NCBI GenBank assembly: GCA_002269645.1
Contig: NIVC01003994.1
Span: 2,039-66,038 of the forward strand
DNA length: 64,000 nt
Reading direction: 5' to 3'
Source of the DNA: Macrostomum lignano
Lineage: Eukaryota
Part shown: positions 49,901 through 61,968 of the stretch, one piece after another
Layout of the letters: each line of letters opens with the position of its first letter
Position numbering within the stretch: the stretch's first letter is position 1
The notes under the pieces: model-generated
What the model was told of the DNA's origin: nothing
What the model saw: the letters and a program-made list of their open reading frames with translations, nothing else
Database searches by the model: none
Translations under genes and position numbers: made by a program

Positions 49901-52900
49901 CTAGACATGGATCCCGCCATCTGAGCCGCGCCGGATTTGACACAGCAGCACGATTGCGCAGATGAGGCACACAATCTGAAAGGTTGGGGTTGGTCACCTC
50001 TTGGGTAGCTTAATTATAAGTCGGTTTTTGTTGGATAGGTGACTTAAACCAGTTTTTAAGGTAGGGTACCTAATTGGGTAGGTTGGTACGTAGTGCTAAT
50101 TTGAATAGGCTAGTTAATAGGGTAGGTTGGTTAATAGGGTAGGTTGGTTAATAGGGTAGGTTGGTTAATTGGGTAGGTTGGTTAATAGGGTAGGTTGGTT
50201 AATAGGGTAGGTTGGTTAATAGGGTAGTTTGGTTAATAGGGTAGGTTGGTTAATTGGGTAGGTTGGTTGATTGGGTAGGTTGGTTAATTGGGTAGGTTGG
50301 TTAGTTGGGTAGGTTGGTTAATTGTGTAGGTTTGTTAGTTGGGTAGGTTGGTTGATTGGGTAGGTTGGTTAATTGGGTAGGTTGGTTAATTGTGTAGGTT
50401 GGTTAGTTGGGTAGGTTGGTTAATTGGGTAGGTTGGTTAATAGGGTAGGTTGGTTGATTGGGTAGGTTGGTTAGTTGGGTAGGTTGGTTAGTTGGGTAGG
50501 TTGGTTAATTGGGTAGGTTGGTTAGTTGGGTAGGTTGGTTAATTGTGTAGGTTGGTTAGTTGGGTAGGTTGGTTAATTGGGTAGGTTGGTTAGTTGGGTA
50601 GGTTGGTTAATTGTGTAGGTTGGTTAGTTGGGTAGGTTGGTTAATTGGGTAGGTTGGTTAATAGGGTAGGTTGGTTGATTGGGTAGGTTGGTTGATTGGG
50701 TATGTTGGCTAATTGGGTAGGTTGGTTAATTGGGTAGGTTGGCTAATTGGGTAGGTTGGCTAATTGGGTAGGTTGGCTAATTGGGTACGTTGGTTAATTG
50801 GGTAGGTTGGCTAATTGGGTAGGTTGGTTAATTGGGTAGGTTGGTTAATTGCGAATATTGGAGCAGATATTTTCACATAAAATGAAGACCAACAGCACCC
50901 ACCTGCAGCAGGATGGCAGCAATCACGGTGCCGATCGTGGCGTGAATGAAAGTGCCGCTCACATCGATCAGCCTGTCCCAGCAGTCCTGCAACGTGAATT
51001 AATGTGAATATCACTATTAAGTACTATTGTCACAGTACATTGCTGCGTTACTATACTTAAGTGGCACAATCGAAAGAGGTATTAAGCACGCACTTCTTGT
51101 ACATTCCCCGTCATCGAACTCAAAACCAATAAATCAGTTGAAGTACAAATAAGTGAATAAAAGTACAAAATATCAGTAAAAGTACAAATTAGCAGTAAAA
51201 GTACAAATTAATAAATTAAAGCGCTAAAAACAGCAAAAGTACAAATGAAACAGCTACCATTTCGTGTATAATTCCTTCCTCTCTGCTCTTCTTCTCATCC
51301 GTAGAGTACGCGCAGGACTGATACTTTGGGCCCTTAGTCAGGGCGCAGCATGAGTCAGGAAATGTTCGAATCTTATCGCCGGAAGATGAAGAACCGCTTG
51401 AGTTGGCGTTGATAACGCGGAACCACGGGGTGCTGTTGAACAGGCTGGGCGACCCAAGGCCACTCCAGCCGCAGCACTGCTCCTAGAGGCAGAAATTGTA
51501 GCGTTAAAGTAAATAATTATGCAAACATATCGTCTGCGGTTTGCAGCACTGGGCTTACTAAACACCTGTCACATGGCGCCACAAACACTCATTGCCCCCT
51601 ACAGTTGTGAGAAGGCGCCACAAACACCCATTTCCCCTTACTGCTGTCAGATGGCGCCACAAACACCTATTGCCCCCTACAGCTGTCAGATGGCGCCACA
51701 AACACCCAGTGACCCCTACAGCTGTCAGATGGCGCCACAAACACCCATTGCCCCCTACAGCTGTCAAATGGCTCCACAAACACCAAGTGACCCCTACAGT
51801 TGTCAGATGGCACCACAAACACTCAGTGACCCCTACAGCTGTCAGATGGCGCCACAAACACCCATTGCCCCCTACAGCTGTCAAATGGCTCCACAAACAC
51901 CCATTGCCCCCTACAGCTGTCAAATGGCTCCACAAACACCAAGTGACCCCTACAGTTGTCAGATGGCACCACAAACACTCAGTGACCCCTACAGCTGTCA
52001 AATGGCTCCACAAACACCAAGTGACCCCTACAGTTGTCAGATGGCACCACAAACACCCAGTGACCCCTACAGCTGTCAGATGGCGCTACAAACACCCAGT
52101 GACCCCTACAGCTGTCAGATGGCGCCAAACACCCATTGCCCCCTACAGCTGTCAAATGGCTCCACAAACACCCAGTGACCCCTACAGCTGTCAGATGGCG
52201 CCACAAACACCCAGTGACCCCTACAGCTGTCAGATGGCGCCACAAACACCCAGTGACCCCTACAGCTGTCAGATGGCGCCACAAACACCCAGTGACCCCT
52301 ACAGCTGTCAGATGGCGCCACAAACACCCTGAGATGCTTTCTGAAAATCTATTTCTCATAGATATTTTACCTCTCGCTGAATGTTATCAACAGCATCGGT
52401 GAACAGCCGGCCACTAGGGTCCGTATCGTTGCCATAGAGACTGCGCATACTAACGGACATCCGATCTTTGGCGAAAGATTTCACCTCTTTGCTGAACGTG
52501 AAGGACAAAATTGCGACAGTAATGTTAGCGATGAGCAGGATGGCCAACAGAAAGGCGTACTGCAATGGGGGCAGGGTGGGATCTCTGAATGATCTGTGAT
52601 ACACAATAGAGATGTAAATAGGGGGTAGACATTCAATAGAGATGTACATTAGGGGACAGACCTTCAATAGAGAGATGTGCATAGGGGACAGACCTTCAAT
52701 AGAGAGATGTACATTGGGGGGTAGACCTTCAATAGAGATGTACATTGGGGGGTAGACCTTCAATAGAGATGTACATAGGGGGGTAGACCTTCAATAGAGA
52801 TGTACATTGGGGCAAGACCTTCAATAGAGATGTACATTGGGGGGTAGACCTTCAATAGAGAAGGTCTATTGAAGGCAAGACGTAGAGATGTACATTGGGG

Positions 52901-53339
52901 CAAGACCTTCAATAGAGATGTACATTGGGGGCAAGACCTTCGATAAAGATTTACATTGGGGGCAGACCTTCGATAAAGATTTACATTGGGGGCAGACCTT
53001 CAATAGAGATGTACATTGAGTAGCCAGCAGACATGAAGCGGGCAATTGACTCCATCCCAAACTCACCACAGTCAGCAAGCAAGAGGACTCCTTGCAAGAG
53101 CCAGAACAGCCAAACAGTCCAACAAGCAGGATGACGCAGCCGCAGCCAATCAGAATGACCCTGATGCTTTTCAGAGTTTCCATTGCGGCAATAACGTCGG
53201 AAAAACGTCCCAGCTCAGCGCTGGTGCACAGGTAGATTCCAACGCCAAGAACTAAAGCGCCAACTAGAAGGAGCAAAGCGTTCACAATAATTAAGAATAT
53301 CTTTAGAAAGAGGCTTGGTTTGCCTCCTCCGCTGGCCAT
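49901..53339 (-). CDS. Tetraspanin D (281 aa), closest paralog of C
   Basis: complement join(49901..49975,50903..50986,51258..51482,52371..52559,53067..53339); all phase 0; the 189- and 84-nt exons match B and C. EC2 EQCCGW, FPDSCC, QSCA, DCW. Confidence 0.92.
50105..50850. repeat. 17-bp G-rich minisatellite GGGTAGGTTGGTTAATT (tetraspanin D intron 4)
   Basis: Direct inspection. Confidence 0.96.
51565..52330. repeat. 39-bp minisatellite CAGTGACCCCTACAGCTGTCAGATGGCGCCACAAACACC (tetraspanin D intron 2)
   Basis: Direct inspection; 13-aa period in translation. Confidence 0.96.
52600..53015. repeat. ~31-bp minisatellite AATAGAGATGTACATTGGGGGGTAGACCTTC (tetraspanin D intron 1)
   Basis: Direct inspection. 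Confidence 0.93.
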
Positions 53340-53544
53340 GGCTTCAGTTTGAGCAGCTGAGCATGAATACATAAGCGGGGGGGGTGGCTTGAGTCTAGTT
53401 AAACCTTCCTTAAGATATTGTATTATATGCTGTTAATGATATTATCGTTCTACTAAAAACTTTAGTCGCGGTTTGAAGCCCTGATGCTAGAGATTCTGAG
53501 ACCAGCTAAATGCATTTATGAGTAGTGTCAAGTGTGATAAACTG

Positions 53545-55560
53545 GGGATGTCAGGTGTGCCAAACTAAGAGTGTCAGGTGTGCCAAACTAAGAGTGTCAG
53601 GTGTGCCAAACTAAGGGTTTCAGGTGTGCCAAACTAAGGGTGTCAGGTGTGCCAAACTAAGAGTGTCAGGTGTGCCAAACTAAGAGTGTCAGGTGTGCCA
53701 AACTAAGGGTTTCAGGTGTGCCAAACTAAGGGTGTCAGGTGTGCCAAACTAAGGGTGTCAGGTGTACCAAACTAAGGGTGTCAGGTGTGCCAAACTAAGG
53801 GTGTCAGGTGTGCCAAACTAAGAGTGTCAGGTGTGCCAAACTAAGAGTGTCAGGTGTGCCAAACTAAGAGTGTCAGGTGTGCCAAACTAAGGGTGTCAGG
53901 TGTGCCAAACTAAGGGTGTCAGGTGTGCCAAACTAAGAGTGTCAGGTGTGCCAAATTAAGAGTGTCAGGTGTGCCAAACTAAGGGTGTCAGGTGTGCTAA
54001 ATAAGGGTGTCAGGTGTGCCAAATTAAGAGTGTCAGGTGTGCCAAACTAAGGGTGTCAGGTGTGCCAAACTAAGGGTGTCAGGTGTGCCAAACTAAGAGT
54101 GTCAGGTGTGCCAAACTAAGAGTGTCAGGTGTGCCAAATTAAGGGTGTCAGGTGTGCCAAACTAAGGGTGTCAGGTGTGCCAAATTAAGAGTGTCAGGTG
54201 TGCCAAACTAAGAGTGTCAGGTGTGCCAAATTAAGGGTGTCAGGTGTGCCAAATTAAGGGTGTCAGGTGTGCCAAATTAAGGATGTCAGGTGTGCCAAAC
54301 TAAGAGTGTCAGGTGTGCCAAATTAAGAGTGTCAGGTGTGCCAAACTAAGAGTGTCAGGTGTGCCAAATTAATGGTGTCAGGTGTGCCAAATTAAGGGTG
54401 TCAGGTGTGCCAAATTAAGGGTGTCAGGTGTGCCAAATTAAGGGTGTCAGGTGTGCCAAACTAAGAGTGTCAGGTGTGCCAAACTAGGGGTGTCAGGTGT
54501 GCCAAAGTAAGGGTGTCAGGTGTGCCAAACTAAGAGTGTCAGGTGTGCCAAACTAAGAGTGTCAGATGTGCCAAACTAGGGGTGTCAGGTGTGCCAAAGT
54601 AAGGGTGTCAGGTGTGCCAAACTAGGGGTGTCAGGTGTGCCAAACTAAGAGTGTCAGGTGTGCCAAATTAAGGGTGTCAGGTGTGCCAAATTAAGGGTGT
54701 CAGGTGTGCCAAATTAAGGGTGTCAGGTGTGCCAAACTAAGAGTGTCAGGTGTGCCAAACTAAAGGTGTCAGGTGTGCCAAACTAAGGGTGTCAGGTGTG
54801 CCAAACTAAGGGTGTCAGGTGTGCCAAACTAAGAGTGTCAGGTGTGCCAAACTAAAGGTGTCAGGTGTGCCAAACTAAGGGTGTCAGGTGTGCCAAACTA
54901 AGGGTGTCAGGTGTGCCAAATAAGGGTATCAGGTGTGCCAAACTAAGAGTGTCAGGTGTGCCAAATTAAGAGTGTCAGGTGTGCCAAACTAAGAGTGTCA
55001 GGTGTGCCAAATTAAGAGTGTCAGGTGTGCCAAACTAAGGGTGTCAGGTGTGCTAAATAAAGGTGTCAGGTGTGCCAAACTAAGAGTGTCAGGTGTGCCA
55101 AATTAGGAGTGTCAGGTGTGCCAAACTAAGGGTGTCAGGTGTGCCAAACTAAGGGTGTCAGGTGTGCCAAATAAGGGTATCAGGTGTGCCAAACTAAGAG
55201 TGTCAGGTGTGCCAAATTAAGAGTGTCAGGTGTGCCAAACTAAGAGTGTCAGGTGTGCCAAATTAGGAGTGTCAGGTGTGCCAAACTAAGGGTGTCAGGT
55301 GTGCTAAATAAGGGTGTCAGGTGTGCCAAACTAAGAGTGTCAGGTGTGCCAAATTAGGAGTGTCAGGTGTGCCAAACTAAGGGTGTCAGGTGTGCCAAAC
55401 TAAGAGTGTCAGGTGTGCCAAATTAAGAGTGTCAGGTGTGCCAAACTAAGGGTGTCAGGTGTGCCAAACTAAGGGTGTCAGGTGTGCCAAACTAAGGGTG
55501 TCAGGTGTGCCAATTTAAGGGTGTCAGGTGTGCCAAGCTAGGGGTGTCAGTTGTACCAAA
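53545..55560. repeat. 23-bp minisatellite GTGTCAGGTGTGCCAAACTAAG(G/A) upstream of tetraspanin D
   Basis: Direct inspection, ~87 copies. Confidence 0.97.
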
Positions 55561-55872
55561 CTAGTAAGCATTTTAACAAAATTAGTAGACAAAGAAGGCA
55601 CAGATATCGTTAGTAGTATAAGTCAATAAATATAGATTAACCCATTTATCCAATAACTGAGACAGTAACAAATTCAATTATAAATATAAAAATTCTATTT
55701 TGTTGACCACAATTGCCAGTGTAATCGGCAGCTTGCACAATAAAAGAAACATATAAGTATTTATGAACAGAAAAAAACTATTTTAATGAATAAACAAATG
55801 AATGAGAGAAAATGCTAAGTTTTTTTAGCAAGGGAAGCCAGCCTTATTGGAATGTCAACCGCATGAATTTGA

Positions 55873-58069
55873 TGTAACCACGCTCTGGTCGCGGGATAGG
55901 GCATGGGAACTTTTTCGAAAGTGCCTCCTATCCCGTGCACCCTCTGCACAGAGCTGTCGAGACTCGGCCAGGTCTCCGACCGGGCCTGGAGACTCCCGCT
56001 CTGCTGCACCCCTCCTGCTGCCTTGGTCCCGTCTCTCCTGCCGCCACACCTGCCTTTCCGGAGCCCCTACCCCTTTCTGTACCTCCCCCTCTACCCTATC
56101 TCTTCTGTTCCCGCCCTATTCTTCCTGTACTTTCTCTACCTCCTCCCTTTTTTTGTCTCCCTCTGCACTCTTTTCCTGCGCTGTCCCCTCTTTCCCTGTG
56201 TCTACTTACAGTACTTTGTGTGCTCACCGTCTCCCCATCCCCTCTCAAACTCCCAAACGGTGACGCAAGTCGTGTGACCCCTTCTCCCCTCGATGACTCA
56301 TCCCCCTCTCTTGCGCAACCTTTTCTCACGCTATTGTTCTCCTTCCCAAATTTCTCATGTGACACCCACCCCACCTCCGCTTCTATTGTTCTCGGTTTTG
56401 CTTCTTTTGTTCTCTCGACCCCACCAATTATCACATTTTCTCCGATTTTCTCTTTCTTTTGTTCTCGTTTTCGCACCTAATTATCACCTTTTCTCCAATG
56501 TTTACTTTTCCATTGTTCTCAGTTTTCCCCAATTATCCCCGATTTCCAATTCCTTTGTTCTCGACCCCAGCCCTATTGTTCTCAATGTTTGCTTGCGCAA
56601 CACTTTCGCGACCACCCGCTGCGCCAATTATCCCCCCACCCCACCTCCGGATTGCGCAATTTCCCGATTTCTCATGTTGCTATGCCGGTCTCATGCTTCT
56701 CATCATGACTCATTCTGACGTCATTCTGCCGGCAGCCAATCAGAGAGAGGGAGCCATGGTAACGACCTTGAGGAGGCGGCTGTGAGGTCTATAAAAGGAA
56801 GCGATTTCGGCATGAGAATACTCAACTGAGTTTATCTCTGTTCCTCTCCTCGTCCTTCTTTGGACTTGCTGTCAGATTGAGTTCTGACCCATTCGTCTAT
56901 AAGACGAATCCCTGCCGGTCCGCGGTCTGTTACCGCCAAGTTATCCTTAGCTCCCCAAGTGAGCTCGCCTATCGGCCAGCGGTCTGATACCGCCCAGCAT
57001 CATCAGCATCGCCTGATCTACATCAGCGCCTCGTCGCTCCAGCGCATCGCCGCTTCACCGTCTGCCTGACTGCAGCCTACAGCCGCCCTCGGTCACTCCG
57101 CCTCTCTCTCTCTCTGTGCAGCTGCCGGTAAGTTCCTGCTACTAATTTGTGCTCTAATTGCCTTTGCTTATCCGGGGTTTGCCTATTTTCCATTGTCTGA
57201 TTAGAGAGCTGAGCCAATTGTGATACCGTATCTTTTGCTGTATCTTACTCAATAGTGAAGCCGCCTAATTGCCTGCTTATTTGCCTAAGGGCCTAATTAT
57301 TAACTATTAACTAACTTCATCATTATTCAATCTTTCACCATCATTTCACTCATGGCTTGCTAAGCCTTTCCCCGGGGTGGCAAAGCATAAGGAAGTTTGG
57401 GTAAGCTAATGGCCTCTCCCCGTGCACAGCCCGCCTGTGAGTGCGTGCTGCGGGGCCGCGTGTGCGTGCAGTAGAGGGATTAGCGAGTCTTGGCACAGAA
57501 TGGCAGTAGGAAGGTTGCAACCCCATGCTACGCGTCCCTTCGCCCTGAGCAATCTAAACTGTAGATAGTACATGTTCGCCTCATACTACTCTTAGTAATC
57601 AAAGTCGCAAGTCAGCCTCGCTCACAGCCACAAAGGATCCCCTGCTGAGAAATCCTCCAGGATTGAGCCCAGAGTTCCCGATCATGCCCCAAGCAGAGTC
57701 CCTGTACTCGGCTGCATGCGTCTCCCCTGTTAGCCTAAATCCCCTGGTAACCAATCCAGGCGGGGCTCTAGCCTCGAGAGGTCTGGTAGAAAGATCCAGG
57801 TGCGCCAGGTCACATAGAGTGGTGGCAGCCACTCGGTCATACCATGACCGAGTGACCAACTATTGCACCTTGGCTACAGGTGGGGTCCATGTGGGTCCTT
57901 GGCCCTCTGGTCACGAAGCGCTACCAAAGCTACTAATCATGTGGGCGGGACAGTCTGGTGCTGGAGGTCCGTCAGGTCATTGCCCGGTCATAGGCAGCCT
58001 ACGGTCATTGCCCCCTCTAGCCATGCGTTCGTCTCTCTACGGAGCGGACAGGCGACAAGGGCGGTTACA
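55873..58069 (+). mobile_element. Putative 5' LTR (~2.2 kb) of a Ty3/gypsy-type element
   Basis: Starts TGTAACC, ends GGTTACA (7-bp perfect inverted termini). CCAAT 56736-56740, TATAAAA 56790-56796; PBS follows 6 nt downstream. The 3' LTR is not in the window, so the left boundary is inferred. Confidence 0.7.
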
Positions 58070-58075
58070 TCAAAA

Positions 58076-58093
58076 TGGTGGCAGCGGTGGGAT
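58076..58093 (+). promoter_or_regulatory. Primer binding site, tRNA-Leu type
   Basis: TGGTGGCAGCGGTGGGAT is complementary to the 3' end of tRNA-Leu (ATCCCACCGCTGCCA-CCA), a PBS common in gypsy elements. Confidence 0.85.
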
Positions 58094-60439
58094 CTGGTGC
58101 AAACAGCGCTGAGTTTCGGACTGGTGGTTTAGATGTGACAAGCGCACCTGTGGCATCCCTCAGAATGGTGGCCGAAGCGCAAAGAGTGCCATGTCTAAAT
58201 CTACCAATCGTAAAAATCGCCAATCGTCATTCTCTTCTCCCATGGCGTGAGGCAACAAAATCCAAAAATATTAATGTAACTTTTCAAATTTTTCGGGCTG
58301 CGAATTCGTTCAATTCATTCGAAATTTCCAAATTCATTCATTCGCCAAAAGCCCCTGATTCAATTTAAAATTAATTTAGCCGATCAGTTTCAGCGCTAGA
58401 AAGTGTGAAGTGGTAGACGAGCGGATTTGATTACAATCAGAATAGCTACCTGGTAACGGAGTGTGTGAAGAACTGCGAAAGTGAATTTTCCGGACTCACT
58501 TTCTATTTCATGGTAATATGCTTTATTTCCCCTCCCTTTCTTTCTCTCGCCTAGCCTACAGCAGAACTGTGTGAGTGTTGAGGTGGACAGCCAGCCAGGT
58601 ACGGAAGCCTCATCACGCAAGCACAGGGAAGCTGGAAGCGAAGCATTTCTTTCCTTTGTCCTACCTCTTTCTTTTACTCGGGGAGTGTAACAGTCGCTCT
58701 CCCTGATCGCTCAGTTAATCCTAGAAATGCGTAGAGACCGGAGCGTGTTTTGTTTGTCCATTAGAATGAACAGCTATCAAGGGCTATGGGGAACTCGCTA
58801 TATATGCATAGTAAGGGAAGCAGTAGTCATGGCCTTGGAAACATTGGGGGATACCAAAGTCTCGCAGGAATGGGAATAGCGGTGTGATTGTATCTCTGTA
58901 GGGTATCAGTGTGACTCAAAAATCTCGGGCTAAAAAAAGTGTCACCTCCTATGGAATACCTGCGATCAGCCCGGACCTGAATTCTGCGGTAACCCCTGGT
59001 GCCTTCATGGCTGGGATTCGATCCCAACGTGTCTGCTGACTCTCCCCACTGTATTGCAGACCCGGTAGTAACTGCTTTGGTTGCATTTGGGCTGGTGCAG
59101 TGGCTGGAAATAGTAGATCCCATAGTATCCTATTGATAGTGGAGTTCAGTGAGTATTGGAATGGTGTACTGGAAGTCTGGTGGCCCCAGTGATCTCGTAA
59201 TGTTTCCTGCTGCATTCTCCTCCTTTAGTAATTCCTCCCCCCTGCTGTCAGTCTGATAGGGGAGGTGGGTGTGCCAATCAGCCCGACCCGGTAGAACGGC
59301 GCTCCTGCCCGACTTGTCAGCTGGCCCAGGAAGGCGCTATTGCGCAACTCTTTTCCCCTCTGGCCACTGCAGCCCACTAAGCGCTTAGACGCAGGGTTGC
59401 ATGCAGTCCCCTAATGTAAAGCCCCGGTACATAGAGTGCCACCCAGTGCCCCGCAAGGTCAATAAGACGGTTGACGTCTCTGGCAACTTGGAATAACCTA
59501 GATGGAGGTACCGCTGTCTCCTGGTAGAACCGGGCGTTCAAGTACAGTAAAGTGGAGAGGCTGACAACTGTAGGACTTTCTCCGCCATCAGATAAAGGTC
59601 CCAAGTATGCTATTTCGAGCTGCAGCAAAGGTGGAGTATCGGAGGGGCAAGCATTTCAGGAAGATACTCACTTAGGTCTGTTTATCCTAGGAAAGCGGGC
59701 GAGAGTTTCAGGCTTGTAATCCGCCTAACCTGAAAACTTCGGGGACAGTTTAGTCTGGACTCCCGCTGCGCGCCTTCGCTCTGAACAGAAGGGGAGGTCT
59801 TGGTTTTTGTGGATTCTGCTAGACGTAGGGGAGCTGGATTCCCGCCTTTTGTGAAGCTGCGTGTACAAGATTGGTAGTCCTGAGGTGGAAGCCCCACTGG
59901 ACTCCGACGGTTTTCCGGCTGTGCAAGGGCAGTAAAGTGGGAGGACCTCCATGGGGATTGCTCCCGCCACTTGGGTTTTTGGGTCCAGGCGCCAACGCTT
60001 CTTCGTAGTAGCTTTCTTAAGGAAATGGGGTCCGGCGCGCAACCCTAGGGGAGAATTTGTACAGGTGCCGTAAGTCCGTTTACGGTCGGCATTTGGGTTC
60101 CCTAGCATGGCCGCAAAATGAAGGTCAAGTCTCTCTGAATAGCCAATTTTTCCCTGTCAGGATGTGCCATAGACAACTGGTAGTGGTAGCCGCAGTTTGA
60201 GTCAGTGTGCTTTGCCGAGTGAAGCCGTTAGGACTGCCTAAATGGAATTATGTGGAGCCACCCGTTTTTCAATTTGTTTTCTTCGACGCCGCAAGTATGT
60301 GGGTTTTGTCTGTGTTTGTGTGTGTGTGAGTGTGTTTGTGTGTTTCGGATCAACTTTTCGGTCTTTACCTGTAGTTGCCCCGGTTTTCTTTTCTTTTCCT
60401 TCCCGGTGGTGGGTACTCCCCCAGCTATCCGGCATTCAC

Positions 60440-61793
60440 ATGTCACGGGCGCGTGGAGATAGGGTCGTAGAAGCTGTGTGCGCAGACGCCCCTGGTCAAC
60501 CACCCTCGGCCGCTGACACCCCAGCAGTTGCCGCCCCCGCAGCCGCAATGGCCGCAGCCGCTGGTAACCAGGTCCCTCAGCCTCCAGAAGCAGTAGTAGT
60601 TGAGGAACCAGATGAAGGAGTAGCAGCTCCCGCTCCCAATCAGGGTGGCGCAGCAGCCGCCGCTGCTCCCCGGACGCAGCCCAGAATCCTCCTCAGGCAG
60701 TCCCGCAGCTAGGAGACTTAGTTGCCGCTATAGCCAATGCGTTTAACCAGCTAAACATGGCCAAGACGCCAGAGGCCGAAAATCTACGTAGAAAAGTTCT
60801 CTCCCGGCGAACACTGTTTTGTGCAATGGGTAGAGAGAATGATCTACAAGCTGGACGCGGAGAGAACTGTAGGAGATCAGGCTAGGAAGCAGGTGCTCAT
60901 CTCGCACCTCCCAGGTGAATTTCAGAACTTAGCCTTAGGATTGGACGGGCAATTGCCCTTTGAGCAGTTCGTATCTAGATTAGGAGAGCAGTTGGGCGAG
61001 GCCAACACTGATCTGGCTAAGAGAAATAAGCTGAAGAATCTGAGCCAGAAACCCGGCCAATCACATAGTGCTTTTGCTGCTATGATAAGATCTCAGATAA
61101 CGGCCATGTTTCCTCAGATTCAGGGTGAGCAGAGAGAACAAGAAATCGTGTACACCTACTTGGAACACGCTAAGCTCCCCGCCAGGTCAGACAAGATCTG
61201 TTGAGCCGTCGCTGGCAGACAATTGAGCAGGTGTTAGAACAGCAGCAAGCCCTGTTAGAAGCCGCAGACTTAGCCGGGAAATGGGACAGTAGTGGCCCGC
61301 CCAGGTCTGAGTCCCGCACCGAAGTCCGTCTGCAACCTCAGCAGCCACCCAGGCCCCTCGCAAGTGGGTCAGGATGGTGAACCAGGAAGCTGACGAGACG
61401 GAGGAGGACGGTGACGGCCTATCAGAGATGCAAGCAGAGCAAACGCAAAAGATCTGCGCAGCTGCAGCTCAATGAAACTATGAAGGCGCAGAGTCCCAGC
61501 TGCAGCTCCCCTCGCCCGCCACTCCCAAGGAACTGGAGGCAGGGGCAGGGCGGCTCTAATAGCAGTAGAACTGGCGCCAACCAGCCCCCGCCGCTTGCAA
61601 TTCAGGAGGCGCCCACGCCGCCGGCGCCGGTGTGCAGCAGCAGCAATTGCAGCTTCGTGCGCCACTTGATCGCCATAGGCAAGATTTAGAGGATGTGGGG
61701 CAGAGATATGTTAGACGAGGCTACCAGGAGAGGCAGGAGAGGCTCGCCCAGCTGCGCGCGCAAGCTCTGATGCCTCCTCCTCTCCACGCCTGA
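60440..61793 (+). pseudogene. gag: Ty3/gypsy gag, frameshifted as written
   Basis: Ala/Pro-rich N-terminus from ATG 60440. Capsid-like region KFSPGEHCFVQWVERM..QVLISHLPGE..LKNLSQKPGQSHSAFAAMI (retrotransposon gag Q-x-x-x-[E/Q]-S motif). Frame switches at ~60670, ~60763, ~61180 and later; no CCHC knuckle seen. Confidence 0.75.
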
Positions 61794-61968
61794 AGAGCCC
61801 CGGGTTCGGGAAACCCGTGGGAGGGCTCGGGAAACCCGTGGGGGGCTGAATGGCCCGGCCCGAACTCAGCCCGTTCCCTCTCTAGGGCCCAGCTTAACCT
61901 GCCACGTCCGCCCAGCAAGAAGTTTAGATTTGAGAAGGTACCGATTTCTATCAGCCAAGACCAGCTGA

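Noticed and set aside
47415-50850. Telomeric repeats (TTAGG / GGGTAGG-like motifs)
   Set aside because: The motifs are parts of 17- and 22-bp units, not pure TTAGGG tracts.
57513-57519. GGTTGCA as the LTR 3' end (solo LTR 55873-57519)
   Set aside because: No TSD and no PBS; GGTTACA at 58063-58069 is a perfect inverted match followed by a PBS.
59626-59730. Spliced antisense gene model using short 43- and 51-nt introns
   Set aside because: Splice signals exist, but every phase combination I tried introduced a stop.
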